A stretch of DNA of 64,000 nucleotides from Lama glama (taxonomy: Eukaryota): contig CM052821.1 in NCBI GenBank assembly GCA_028534125.1, positions 10,664,001 to 10,728,000 on the forward strand, written 5' to 3'. The translations under genes and the position numbers were made by a program. Numbering within the stretch: the first letter of the stretch is position 1; each line of letters begins with the position of its first letter. Of this stretch, positions 11,231 through 24,036 are shown piece after piece. The notes under the pieces were generated by a model. It did not search any database, was not told the origin of the DNA, and saw nothing but the letters and a program-made list of their open reading frames with translations.

Positions 11231-14200
11231 GTCTGTCTAAAACTTAAGTTTAAGCAGTGGTGGTCTCCATCTCTGCAGACCCAGGCTAAGCGTCTGATGA
11301 AAGTCCTGGGACAGAGGCAGGATAATGGACTCTGAGGAGGATGACTGGTAAGCCGAGGCATAAGAGATGGAGCTGATGTGGGATAAATAAAAAGGACCAC
11401 AGGCCGGCAGAGGGGTCCCTCTCCCTCATTAGACATTCGCAGTCCAACAGGACGCCAGCCCACGCCCCTGGCCAAGGGGAGGCTGTCTGTAACAGGTGGC
11501 AGAAATGATCTTGCAACCCAGGGAAGAGTCATTCTTTCATCTCCAGCCTAAGTACCTCTAATGATATTCAGGTCTTCACCTGCAAATGCAAACCTTAAAA
11601 AAAGATCACTTTCACCTGATCCCTAATACCTACACTTGTCCAGGCTTTTGGGGGGGAGGGGGAGTGGGGGGCTGCCTGGGGCCTCATCTCTCCTCCCCTC
11701 CAGATCCAAGTGGATGCAGATTCTCAAGGCATCCCGCAGCCCCCTGGGAGTGGGGTTTGGGTATGTGGGGTCACAAGGGGGCTGAGAAGGTCCTCTCTCA
11801 GAGACCTGGGATCATCAATCTCCAATTCTAGAAGACATTTAGAGGATGAGGGGCCAGAACTGCCACTGCCTGCGTATACAGTGGTCACAGACTGGGAAGG
11901 CGGCGGTGGGGAGGACGTCTAAGGCAAATAGGTTTTGCACATCAGGTCTGCAATCACTGCCCTCACACGCCTCATGACTGCCCTCCCCCACTGACTGAAC
12001 TCTCTGATCCTCCACGTTTCTCCAATTTTACCAAATTGGAACCAAGGAGAACGCTGAGTGCTGAGAATCTCATCATTAATCTTTCCTCTGTTCTGCGATA
12101 TACAGGAGGCTCAATTTTATTCTCTTAGAAGTCTTCTTCCTCACTTCTTGTGCACACAATTACACAATGACACAGGGGAACATACATCCTCTGGTAAGAA
12201 CTGCCTGACAGCAGGTGGGAGAACGGGATAAGCCACAGGTACGATCGATGGAAATTGAATCATTATATTTATAAGCCATTTATTAGGCGCCTACTGTCAG
12301 CCACTGGAACCTTTTGCTAAAATTCCCTGAGATTCCCCCTGGAATAGGTTTCCGGGAATTTGAAGAACATTGTCATTCTGTCTGAAGATCAGTAAAAGTA
12401 TAGGAAAACACACACGCCATAATTATCTCTTTGCAGAACCCAGACACTATTTTTCAACTCTTTTATCTTTAAACACACGTGTCTGCTGCACAGCCACGGT
12501 CAGGATCACCCTTAACTTGACACTTAGTGGGCAGTTCCTGCATCCGTAATGTGACACAGAGCAACATGAAACAGACAGCAGAGGGAGGACTTCAAGCTCT
12601 CTGACGTTAAGAGCAGCAGTTCCCCTGACTGCTTTTAAATAAAAGAATTCATTACGAAGGTGAGATTGGAACTCGCCACTCCTGGAGTGTGAGTGAAAAG
12701 GCCCTACACCCAGCCCAGTACAGGCTACCTAGCTTCCTCCTGGCAGCCCCACAGGGCTGAAAAGACAGGCTCAGAGAAGCCAAGAAACTTGCCCCAGGTG
12801 ACAGATTCTAAGTGACAAAGCCAACCGATAATTCCGGTCTTCCGACTGCAAGCCTGGCCTCTGCCCCCTCACAGCTCTGCAGCAGCACCGCCAGCACGTG
12901 CTCTTTCTTTTTTTTTATTCTCTCCTGTCCTCTTTAGGGATTAATTCTCCCCAGATGCTTTAAACTGGCTGCTTCTTAGAATGGATGCTAATTAATTTTA
13001 GTTGTATTTTAAAATCTCCTACTTTCCCTAAGTGGCATCTAAGATCAGCGAACTTGTACTTTGTTTCTTTACTATTTGCATTTCTTAGAAACAAAGGTGG
13101 GTTTCATTTGTTGGTTTTTCTTTCTGTCTTTTTCTTTTTTTTTGGAAAAAAGTATGTTTTACAGAGATTGAGCATTCAGCACGTGTTTAACAAGTAACAG
13201 TAGAAGGAAATAAAATGATACAACAAATGAATGTCATTGTTTAAAATCACAAATTATAACAAAAACATTTAAAATAATGTTAAGAGTCTGGCTGAGTTTT
13301 ATATGTGGGGAGAGTGTATTATTTTTGTTCAGAACCTAATGGGGAGAATTTTTTCCTAAAAACTTAGCACAGATCAGGAAAAAAAATTTTTTTAAACATG
13401 CTTCAGGTTGTGCATGTGATGCCACAAGAAAAATCTAACCATCATCTTGTCTGTGCAAAGCCAAAGGCTGTTTTTCAAATGTCTAGAATGTCTGAAGAAA
13501 TCATTAAAAAAAAAAATCAATTATGTAAACACAATGTTAGTTTATAGAAAACAAGCTTTATAAACAAGCCTATAATTTGCATAATTGTACTCTGTGAAAG
13601 AACTCCTATTTACATGACTTTGACCTTTGGCTAAAGTTCTGCCAAAGTTAAAAATTATAGAAAAGAGAATTTTAATGACCATATCCTTTTTTTCCCCCTA
13701 ATTTCAAGTATTTGTATTTTTAAATAATGTGGGAAATAGTAGCGTTTCAATGTGCTAGACTGAAAGCTTTAAATATAAAAGCAACATCTGGACTTCACAA
13801 AAGAATATTTTTTTCTTTCATTTGTATTTTTAGCGGCTGAATGACTTACGACAGCAAGTTCTTTCAATTAGTATTCAGACACGTAGCCAGGGCAGTAATA
13901 AATACCATGGCAGAGTAAATTGCCTATTAACCCTTCAACTTGTCTTCTATGCAAACGTTCCATCTGATTTGGGGCTGAATAGTATTTGGCTTGCTCTTTG
14001 GTATGTGTCCAAAATTTTCCATCGTTGACATTTTCATCCAGGATTCTTTAAACTGGCTGCTTCTTGGGATGGATGCTAATTAAATTTAGTTGCATTTTTT
14101 TAAAGCAAGACAAAAACTAAAGGAAAAGCAATCATGACATAAGACGATCACTTGACTGTATTAAATTCTCCCGATCTCGATATTCATATATGAGGTACCA

Positions 14201-15239
14201 GTCAATCAAGAAGGACATTTCCTAGGTTGAAAGTAATTGGAAATGATGTTTTTCTGTTCTAAAACTAGTGATTTTTGCACAGACCCAGCCTGGACTGATT
14301 TGTATCAAAAGCAGATCAAGCAGTTTAAATCGTATAGCAAACAAAGCTTCCCATTACAATCTAAAAAACAGTCCTTTAACAAATGTTTGAGACTATGTGC
14401 AAAGCACCACCATATGCAGGCTGTTGGGCACAAAGGGAAATAAGATAGCCCTTCTCCCTCTGAGATTATAAGCTTTTTGTTAAGATGTACTGAAGTGGCT
14501 AGGGTACAAACTGATAAGTACGATGACAAGAAAACCTAAAGTGTTAGCTAGAGTGGAAACTTCCATGAAATACCATGATTTGAATCTAACTTGCTACAAA
14601 TAACACTTTGAGAGTTCAAGACCATCCTTTTACTTAAAGCTAAGACTGTGGGGTTCTTAACAACATATTATAATCTCCCCACAAGAATGTCAAAATTTCT
14701 CAGAGGGAAAACTTCACAGGAGCTTTTAGTCTAAATTTCTTGGTTTCTAAAAGAAAAAAAAAAATACATGCACAGCAATCAACACATGTGACTGTTGCAA
14801 ACCCCTGAGCAAAAAAAAAAAAAAGGGTGTGTGTCTAGAACTCTTCCTCTTTTAGAGCTGTGTTTGTGTCAGACCCAAAGAAAAATGACACGTAGAAGAA
14901 GAGGGAACCTCTTTGGAAAGCAATTATTTGACTCGAGAGTGAGAACATGGATGATAAATCGTGACTCTGGATTTGGAACTGAAAATAACAAAAGGTTTAT
15001 GAAACAGGGTAAGACTGACTATGCTCAGAGAGAAAGACTTAAAGATGAGTTTGCTTTGTTGTGCTTTTTTACCTGTCATGACCCTGGTAGAGGGGATGGA
15101 CAGACGGGGACACACACACACACATACACACCCCATATACATATGAGTCCCTGTCATAGCAAATAAGGCAGCGGCAGCAAGCACCAAGGTTCATTTTTTG
15201 AGAAGTCATGGCACATTCAGGGATGCCCACTGTTGTAGC

Positions 15240-16790
15240 CCCATCCCCTCACCTATCTTCTCTTCCCTCCAGGGCAGGCGCAGGCACCATCTCTGTAGAG
15301 CCATCCAGGACTCCCCTAAGCAAGGTTACATGCTTTGTCCTTGGTACCACCATGGACCCAGGTACACATCTTGACTACAGCATTAATCCCAGAGGACAGC
15401 AATTATCTATTCACGTATCTGCCTCCTTCCTAGACAGTGAGGTACTGGGGGTCGGGGACCACAGAACCGAGCAGAGTGTCTGGAGGAATACACACAATCA
15501 ACATTTTTATAACAGGTGACTGAGGACATCTCAAAGTGCTAAAGAAGAGAATTCGACGAGGGACAGAAAAACCACTAAGCATCACGTTTATTATTTAAAA
15601 GAGTAATTCATTACTTCCTTCTTTCAACAGTGATTTGCTTGGCTTCCACTGAATATCAAGCACCATTCCAGGCACTAAGGACAAAGCTTAAAACACAAAG
15701 CACACAAAATATCAGCCTTCGGAAAGCTTACATTTCAGAAGAGGTGGAAGAAGAGAGAATTTTCTCAAATTACAGTAATGGAATGTCTACAGCATTTGAG
15801 ATGTCTTGTGTCATCTACAATCAGTCTCCAAGAAATTTACATTCCAATTGGGGGGTAATTAATGCAAAAACAATGAACAACAAATATACAATGCGAATGC
15901 CCATGGTGTCAAACAGAAAAATAAAGGGTGTGAGCATTATCAGCAGGTGCTTTGGGCTAGAGGATCATAGCTTTCTGCGTTTGTGATGGGTTTGGAAGGA
16001 GGCGGAGCTGCTGAGAAAGGAGAGTCTGGTATTACCTGGAAGGGGTGTGGTCTGAGCCAAAGCAGAGGACAAAAGTGTAAGGCTTATTGGAACAATACAA
16101 AATTCTCTCCTCCTACACCTCCTGCTACTACTTTCCACCTAATCACTCAGCTCAAGTCCAATAGTAACCCCGGACTCCTCTCTGCCTGCTGGAAGCATCT
16201 GGTCCCCAGACCTTACAGATGGTGCCTCTCTCATAAGCTCTCAGACCCACTGTGCTCTGTTCCCAGGGCCACTACAGGCCATTTCTGAACGTGACAGCCA
16301 AAAATGCCTACCCCTCCCATCTCTCCTCCCCAACCATTTTCCAATGCACTGCCAGGGAGATCTTTCCAAAAGCAAACTTGAGCCTTGTCCTCCTTTCCTG
16401 ATAATGTTTCAGGAGCTCCAAATCACCTTCGGGGGGAAATCAAAAGCCCTTACAACGTGCACAAGATTCTTCAGGGTCCCGCCCCTCCCTGCTTTCCCAG
16501 CCTGGTGACTGCTCGCTTCCATCACAGGAACTACTTGGAACTCCAGAGTCTCCTCTGCCTGCCTGGTTCTTTAACCCCCAGCCCAGCAGTCTCTTCTGTG
16601 ACACTGTCTTCCATCCTCATCCATGGCTGTGTACATACCTCAATAATGTGTACACTGACTGCAAGTGGCTGGTTCCATGGAACCTGTATCTCCAAGGCCA
16701 AGGCTTACTCATTCGTAGTCTCCCAACACCCATTTCAGCACCTCACCCTACACCGAGCACAGAAGGTTTGTGCAATTAACGTTGATAAAG
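15240..16790. mobile_element. Several L2 fragments in both orientations
   Basis: L2-like pyrimidine-rich blocks (gccagggagatctttccaaaa, tcaaaagcccttacaacgtg) and L2 termini. Confidence 0.55.
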
Positions 16791-16998
16791 CAAAAATGGT
16801 GCCTGGATCAGACGTGCAAGTGATTAAACATAAAGTTCATAGTGAGGGGATAGATTCAGCATAGGAAGATCAGCCTATATAAAAATGTGACAGTGAAAAG
16901 GGAGCCAACAAAGACACTTGAGAGGAGCAGACCATCATCTCTCAGGGGTAATGGGCCTCTGCCCACCCATCCCCCACCCCAATGACATGACCGTGAGC

Positions 16999-17452
16999 TG
17001 TGGGGGCCCGAGAGGAAACTCTACCACGGATAGACTGGGATGTCGCCTGCCACTTCAGTAAACAAAGGATGTTGCTGTCAGAAAGCCACCAACCACTGCA
17101 GCCACCCCAATGATGCACCCTGAAGGAGACTCAGGATGGAGAACAGCAGGACCCTGGCCCTAGACAGCTAACATGCATTTCAAAGCAACGATTTCAATAA
17201 ACCCAGACTCTTGCATTTTCCAATACAAAGAAAAGCACTAAAATCATTAACTGGAGATGTCTGTTTTTTTGTGATTAGTCTTTGGATGTTCAACTACATA
17301 TTTTTTTTTCCAGCAAAAAGCTCCTATACATCCTGGCTCCTCCCTTACCTCTGCAACAGTCCCTCAGAGATATCTGAGAAGCCATTATCCCAGGCCACAG
17401 TTCTTAGTAAGGCCCCTGAACAAAACGGAATTCTCAACTTCTAGGTTGTTTA
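16999..17452 (+). mobile_element. ERV1-class LTR (cetartiodactyl type), 3' end eroded
   Basis: TG start; gcaccctgaaggagactcaggatggagaa...tatacatcctggctcctcccttacctct...aattctcaacttctaggttgt is characteristic of this LTR group. Confidence 0.75.
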
Positions 17453-17819
17453 ACTTCCTTCTTTTCTGAGAGCACTTTTCTTCCCTCAGCCAAGTGTGAA
17501 CTATGGAAATGCAGGAAACAAAATAAAACAGCATACTAAATATCTACATTCTGGCTATAAAAGATACTTCAATAACTTTCTACATCCACAGAAAGATGCT
17601 GAATTCAATTCACTGATTAATTGGGGCGGGGCAGGGTGGAGGGGGTGCTGTGTTCCTGAAGGCAAGGCAGCTGAAAACCCTCTTCTGCACACGAGGTGCA
17701 GAGAACCTGCCTCAACCTGTGACCTCCCCCAGCACCAGTGCAATAAAGGCCATAAGCCAAGTATTCCCTGCCTCTACTGCCTGGATGTAACACCTGTGGA
17801 TGGTTGTTGGCGCTGATTT

Positions 17820-17978
17820 CTTTCCTTCTTTCTCGGCATGTGCGCGTGGTTTTGATCACCTTGCTTTTGGGGGGGGGGCGGTGGTTAATTAGCTCCATTT
17901 ATCTTAATGCAGGTACTGGGGACTGAACCCAGGCCCTCGGGCATGCGCTCTACCACTGAGCTAAATCCCCTTCCCCAC
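17820..17978 (-). mobile_element. Vic-1-type SINE
   Basis: aggtactggggactgaacccagg...ctctaccactgagcta, with a candidate TSD tgg(c/a)gctgattt. Confidence 0.85.
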
Positions 17979-19539
17979 AACTGGAGCTGATTTAGATAAT
18001 AAGCAGCCTTTTGCAAAAATGCTCTCATGCCAGCAGGCTGCCTCTTTTACAAAACTTTGGGCACAATTTCTGGCGGCCACGAGTTAAGTAAATACGGAAA
18101 AGACACCCACAGTGAGATTTACCGTCTTTGATTCTCTAGATTGGTTCAGGCCAAACAAGAAAGCAATCCTTACACTTAAAGTACTCAACGATGCTTCAAG
18201 AGCAAGCAGAAACCTACAAGTAAAAACCAAAATCAAAACAGCCTTGAATCCCAGTCTACGAGAGGCCACACTTCCACATATGTCTATGATGTAACCAGGA
18301 ACCACATCTAGTTTACATAGTTTTTTGGTCTCTTGCAAATTAACTGATTCACATCAAAATAACTCTTGCTCTGAATTACAAAGTTACTAATTATAGAGAT
18401 TTCATAGACATCTTCAGTACCTGAGTGGGCTTTAAATTATACAACTATAAGTAGTGACAATCAAGTACTAGGAGAAATACGATAGTCAACAGCTTTAACG
18501 TAGCCCTGCATTACAAAACTAGAGACAGAGGTTAAAATTATCATCTTCATTTCACCAGTCTCCTCTCCCACAGTTGGAAAGTATAATTATTTCATAAAAG
18601 GCTGTATGCCATCAGCCTACTTCTGATCATCTCTATAAAGGCTTAATATTTTACAATGACATAAACTTTTCACTGGCATATGAAACATTTCCCCTTGATA
18701 TGAAATCACTGCAACCCACATTAAATTTGCATAGCAACCCCAAATTGCTTGGACCTATTTAAATGATCTTTGTTGACTGACATAAAATAAGTCAATTTGA
18801 TCCCTATACACATTCAAGTATTAATATTAGTAGACTATGGAGGAGGGATGAAGGAGAGGTAGAGAGATTTAACTTTTCCTTAAGTACAGCTATGCTGTTT
18901 GACAAGAGAACCAGCATAAACTGCATCTGTAATTAAAAAGTTAAAAAGCCACACACTTAAAGTGAATTTTATGACGCCTCGTCAGGTAAACATAGACTAG
19001 ACCAAGTTGGTTTTCTTTCTAAACTGAGATGTACTGATGGGACAGTGGGAAAAAAAGCTGAGTCTCTTGCTTCAATTTCCATTTGAGTTTTCACCCATAT
19101 TTATTTACAGCTGTCAATGTAAACAGTGACACCTCACCTCACAATAGTCAAGAGTATTTTCCCATGAAACAGACTGGGCTAATTTTATTATAACTTTTTA
19201 AAGTTAGTTCCTATGTTTTATATTTTTATGTAATCGTGATTTACTACGAAAACCTGCTAAACAGCATTCTACGTTATTGACGGGGGGTCACCAGGTGGAA
19301 AGCGCATTAATCTGCACAGGTCCTGCAAGTCAGAAAACCTGGGTCTGAATCTTAATTAGCTGTGAGGCAGATCAACCTATGAGCTCTGCTTTCCTCACCT
19401 GTAAAAAAACAATACTATTTGCTCCCTCTGTAAGGATGGACACCTAATAAATTGTTCTCAAATGAATAAAAGGTGAATCTAAACCATAGAGTGTAATCCT
19501 TTCTATTCAATTTGTCTTTGCATTTAAATGAGCAGTGCC

Positions 19540-20080
19540 AATAATAGCCAAGATACAGAAAGAACTTACTTGTCTACAGATAAATGGATAAAGATGATGT
19601 GGTATAGATATACAATGGAGTATTATTCAGACATGATAAAGAAGGAAATTCTGCCATTTGCAATAACATGGATAGAACTTGAGGGCATTATACTAAGAGA
19701 AATAAATCAGACAGGAATAGAGAAATCACATAAGTGAAATATAAAAAAAAGGTGAACTCACAGAAATAGAATGGGGGGGGCGGGAAGATGCTGGCCAAAG
19801 GGTACACTTCCAATTATAAGATGATTAAGTTCTGGGGATCTAATGTACTGTATAGTGATGATAGTTAATAATACTGCATCATATGCTCGGAAGTTGCTAA
19901 GAGAAGATCTTAAATGTTCTCACCACAAAAAAGAAACGGTAACTAAGCGACGTGGTGGAGGTGTTAGCAAACTCTGATAGTAATCATTCTGCAACACATA
20001 AACGTATCAAATCAACACGTTGAATACCTTAAACTTACACATTGTTACATGTCAAATTATATCTCAATAGAGCTGGAAAT
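19540..20080 (+). mobile_element. L1MA9-like 3' end including the ORF2 C-terminus
   Basis: ORF 19528 translates to DKWIKMMWYRYTMEYYS..KKEILPFAITWIELEGIILREINQ, the L1 ORF2 C-terminus. It is followed by an L1MA9-type 3' UTR. Confidence 0.92.
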
Positions 20081-20499
20081 ATCAGAAAAATAAATAAGCA
20101 GTAACTAAAATATGAACCAAAAACTAAACCTAACTACTAAATTAAGTTACTTCTAAAGTTATCAGAGAAGAATATATTAGACTATGTTAGAGAATATATT
20201 AGATAAGAATATATTAGAGAAGATTAGTACACGAGCAGGAACTGTTACGTTATTTAAACTGATTTGGCGTCCAGGAAACTGAGTCGGAGTCTGCCTGGTA
20301 ATTTAATTGCCAGTCTTCTGGAGGGACCCAATATGTAATCATTCCCCGACAGTATTCTCTTTAGGGACCTGATTTTTTTCCCCCACTCCTTCAACTGTTT
20401 AACCCTTCCACACCCCCTCCCATCCCTTCTGTTTGTTTAACTCTTAGCTCTCCCTTCCTTTCGTCCACTATTGCTAAGCGTTTGTAACTAACTGGAAGT

Positions 20500-22230
20500 G
20501 GGGCACCCCAGGCTTGCCCCCAAGCTCCGGGGGCCCTCTGGACGGGTAGAAATGCCCTGCGGTCCAGCCTGCCAAGGGCTCCCCCCTCCCATCACTCCCC
20601 CCACGGGCGCTGCGGATGGAAAAAGGATCCTGGCCCGCGACCCGGGGTCACAAATCCGTTCCCGGGCCGCCCCACCCAGCCCTCGCCCTCCGTCCGGGAG
20701 CCGCGCTTCTGCTTTCGCCTTAAGGACGATTCAGGCGGGTCACACCCCTGCTCCCCGAACCCCCAGCGCGCTCCCCGAACCCCGCCCACAGGCTCGCCGC
20801 CCGCGCCGACTCCCCGGAATCCCCCGCGCCGCTTCGAGCCGGAGGAAATGACCCAAAAGTTGTTGTTCTGAGTCAAGACTTCCGCGCGCGGGGGCGTCCC
20901 CGTATCTACCGTGACCATTTGGGAGCCGCGCCCCTTGCCCGTCCCGAAACTGATCTGGGGACCCGCGCGTGCCCCGCGCCTCCCGGCCTTCCCGGGGGCC
21001 GCCCGCACGCCCGCCGCGAGCCGAGTCGGGAGGCTGCCGGTCCGCCGCAAAAAGCCGCCGCATTGCGGCCCCGAGCCGGCGGCGCGGGCTTCCTCCTCCC
21101 GGTCTCCCGCTGCCCGAGCTCCTCGGAGCGGCCGAGGGTCCCCGCAAATCTCCACCAGGAGGGTGCGGTGCCCAAACGCAGTCCCCGACTGTTCCCCGCG
21201 TCGCCTCCGGCTTTCGAGTGCAGACGCGGGGCCCCGCGCCGGCCCATCCCGGAGAACCCCTTGCTTACCGATATCCCCATCCTCGTCTTCGTCGTCCTCC
21301 AGCTCCATTTCTAGCAGAACGTCCCTGGTCATCATTTGCATGGCTCCCCGCGAAAGCGGCTCGGAAACTGGCGGGAAGTTGGGGGCTCCCGGGGTCCCGA
21401 ACGACGGCGCTCTGCCGGGGCCAGGGGCCAGCGCCCAGGCGGGGACGGCGGGGCGCGTCTGGCTCCCGGCTCAGGGGCCGCAGTGCTCAGCCCGCGCTCC
21501 GGGAAGCCGAGCCCAGGCGGCCGCCAACCCGAGCCCTGCGCCCAAGGCAACCTCTGGCCACCCGAGCCGGGCCCGGCCACTGAGCATGCCCAGTGAGCGC
21601 CGAGGCTCGTCGCGGAATGATTGAACTTCCCTGGGTTTACGAGGCTCTCAGAAGGAAGTCGGGAGAAGAGAGGGAGCAGCTGGCGTCCGCGTTGGGCACG
21701 CGAGAGAACTCGCGGAAGGGGGAGGGGAGAGCCCGCGAGGGTGGGAGTGGACAGGGTTCCCCAAACTTTGCCCCCAGACGAGGCGGCTTTCTGTTCCAAG
21801 GTCATACATGGGCACGTCCTGGGGCCGGCTTTCTTTGACATCAGTTACGGAGAGGGGAGAAACGCTGCTGCAGCTCACAGGAAGGACCCCGAAGGCGAGC
21901 ACGTCTGGGTAGTGTTTAAAGGCGACGTGGAGCCAATGGAGGACCTTAAAGTATCAATTACTCTGACTCCAAAGGCGGGGAACGTGTGTTCTGTAGGGGA
22001 ATGGAGAGGGGGAGAGTACAGAGAAAAGAGCCAAAACTCGTAGATAAGAAACAACGGAAGAAAAGAGACCAAGACAGCGAGATGTGAAGAAACATGTTTA
22101 CAAAAGGCAGGAGGATTTCCGCATAAAGTGAGGTTAGGAGGCGGGAGAAGCGCCCCCTACCCACGCCCGCAGAAGCGCACCAGGGAGTGGTCGGAAGATG
22201 ATCACCGAGCGAGCGGAGATTTGGGGCCTC
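20500..22230 (-). promoter_or_regulatory. ANO6: CpG island / ANO6 promoter and 5' UTR
   Basis: Very GC- and CpG-rich block around exon 1, against a CpG-depleted background. GC boxes (GGCGGGG) and ETS-like GGAAG cores are present, and there is no obvious TATA box. Confidence 0.93.
21269..21341 (-). CDS. ANO6: Anoctamin-6 (TMEM16F) first coding exon, 24 codons + 1 nt
   Basis: Translates to MQMMTRDVLLEMELEDDEDEDGDI, matching the recalled mouse Ano6 N-terminus MQMMTRKVLLNMELEEDDDEDGDIV. Kozak context GGAGCCATGC. Ends at a phase-1 donor ATCG|GTAAGC (GT at 21268-21267). Confidence 0.96.
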
Positions 22231-23049
22231 CAGAGCTTAGTGCTCGGTGTCACACAGGCAAAGGAAGTAAAGACCGCCACTGTGATTAGGTGTAAACTCT
22301 AAAGCAGTGTGACACACAGTCAAAACGAGAGGAAACAAAGTACCGAATTAAAGCTGAGGCAGAGAGTGTAAGAATGCATTCCTGGAGACCACAGGCAGCC
22401 AGAGCACAAATGCAAAGGGATTTCCGCTTTTAAGACACATGGGGTTGCTTGAACGGTGGGTTCCTAGGATTGTGCATCTGCAGATCTTTTTTTAAAGAAG
22501 CTGGTGAATTCAGATGGGTCCATTTTCAGTTCTCAAAAGGGCTAGAGGGCGCATTTGAAATCCTTATTATAGTCATTGTCCCCCTAACATTTACTGACAT
22601 TTTTCCACTTAAATTCCAGAATTATTATAATAATAAGAATAAATATTAAGATAACACTAAATCTATGCATTGTATTCTCCTATATACTTATTTCCGATAT
22701 TTTCATATGAATAAAGCGTTAAGACCAACCATAAGTAAGAGTGGGAAGACAGCTATGAATATGCATTATAAGACATGAGAAAATTACTTGTTAGAAAACA
22801 TCCAGGAAACATTGTACTAATTTCGTAAGAAAATTTTTGAAAAGAAATATTAAAAAACATTTTAATATAAAGGGAAACCAACACAGTACTCTGAAAATAG
22901 GAGGGGGAAACAATAAAAGATGAGAGGATAAAGAAGAAAAAATGAGGAGAAAAGACTGTTTTCTTTTAGCGAACTCTTTCCCCAGTACTTATGGGACCTA
23001 CTAAAATAGAAACTCCAGAGGTATTTGGTTACATGATTTGTTTTCACGA

Positions 23050-23280
23050 TTTTCATTTAACAAATGCATATGGTAGTTTTTGTGTGCTAGACACAGTTCT
23101 AAATGTTTTATGTTCAGTCATTTAATCCTCATAACGGCCCTAGAAGTTGTTACCACTCTTTCACTCAGGCACAGGGTGGTTGAGTAACTTGTCCAAAATC
23201 ACACAGGGAGTCAGTGGCCGAGCTGGGTTTCAAACCCAAGCAGTTTGTTCCAGAATTTGTGCTTTTAGCCACTTTATAAA
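23050..23280 (-). mobile_element. MIR SINE
   Basis: tcatttaatcctcataacggccct...taacttgtccaaaatcacacag...gctgggtttcaaacccaagcag. Confidence 0.8.
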
Positions 23281-24036
23281 CCACTTCCAGAGACATTTCT
23301 GAATCTGTTTTAAAAATTCACTTTTCCCCCCCACCAATTCTAAGCTCGTAAAGCCTCATCAACTCTCTGCCATGGTTCTCTCACTAAATAGTCTGGTTCT
23401 TATGTCCGAAGACTGCTCAAAGTTAGCAGTTAGAAAACTCTCGTGGATGATTTTGTGGCAGGTTTCAATGAGCCATTTGAAATTCTTCACAGATTTTAGA
23501 GTTTACATTTTTCTTGCTTGATAGATGTTGCAGGCCTTATATGGAAAAGTAACTGTTGCTAGAAGGGAAATGAATTATTTACTTCAGTTAGCTGTAAGTC
23601 TATTCTTAGTAAATTCCATTCTTTCATTTAATTCATTTTATTTCTTGCAGCTTCTTTCATGCATTATTTTTTCAACTGAGTAATATATGCTTCAAAAATA
23701 ATCAGAGTTAATAGGCCTATGTATGAACCACACCCTTGACTCTCAAACATTGTCATCTACGTCATGAATAACTTATGAAATAAAATGTGCCTAACAGTCT
23801 ATGGCCAGGTTATAGGATTTGCAAAGCTTTTCCAAGTAGGGGATCATAAACCAAGTACTTTCTTCTTCATTGGTCTTCTGATTAACTGCCACCTTTGTCT
23901 GGCCACAGGATGGACCATCTTTCACTGCGCATCCTTTAAATATTGATGTTTCTAGGGATTCCATACTCAGGCCTCTTTTCTTCTCATCTTTCTCTACTGA
24001 ACTCATTCAGTTTTATAACTTCACTATCTTTCTAAG

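Larger units (their letters stand above)
1..21268 (-). other. ANO6: ANO6 intron 1 (continues beyond the window start)
   Basis: Begins at the GTAAGC donor. No exon-2-like sequence (VLEN..QTIV) was recognised in the window. Intron 1 is very long in other mammals. Confidence 0.88.

Noticed and set aside
11290-11325. CTGATGA followed by a short stem, hammerhead-ribozyme-like
   Set aside because: No GAAA core after the stem and no stems I/III.
12655-12725. Minus-strand tRNA-like stretch (GTGTAGGG...TCACAC...GAGTTCCAATC)
   Set aside because: Only a degenerate B box and no cloverleaf pairing. At most a decayed SINE head.
20169-20218. AGAATATATTAGA repeated three times
   Set aside because: Short AT-rich slippage duplication beside an L1 tail. 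There are no unique spacers of regular length, so it is not an array.
20592-21341. 249-aa minus-strand ORF starting at the ANO6 ATG
   Set aside because: Only the first 24 codons match ANO6. The rest is read-through past a strong donor into GC-rich, stop-poor intron DNA.
20911-21624. 237-aa and 204-aa plus-strand ORFs across the CpG island
   Set aside because: Low-complexity Pro/Arg/Ala/Gly composition and non-ATG starts, as expected by chance in very GC-rich DNA.
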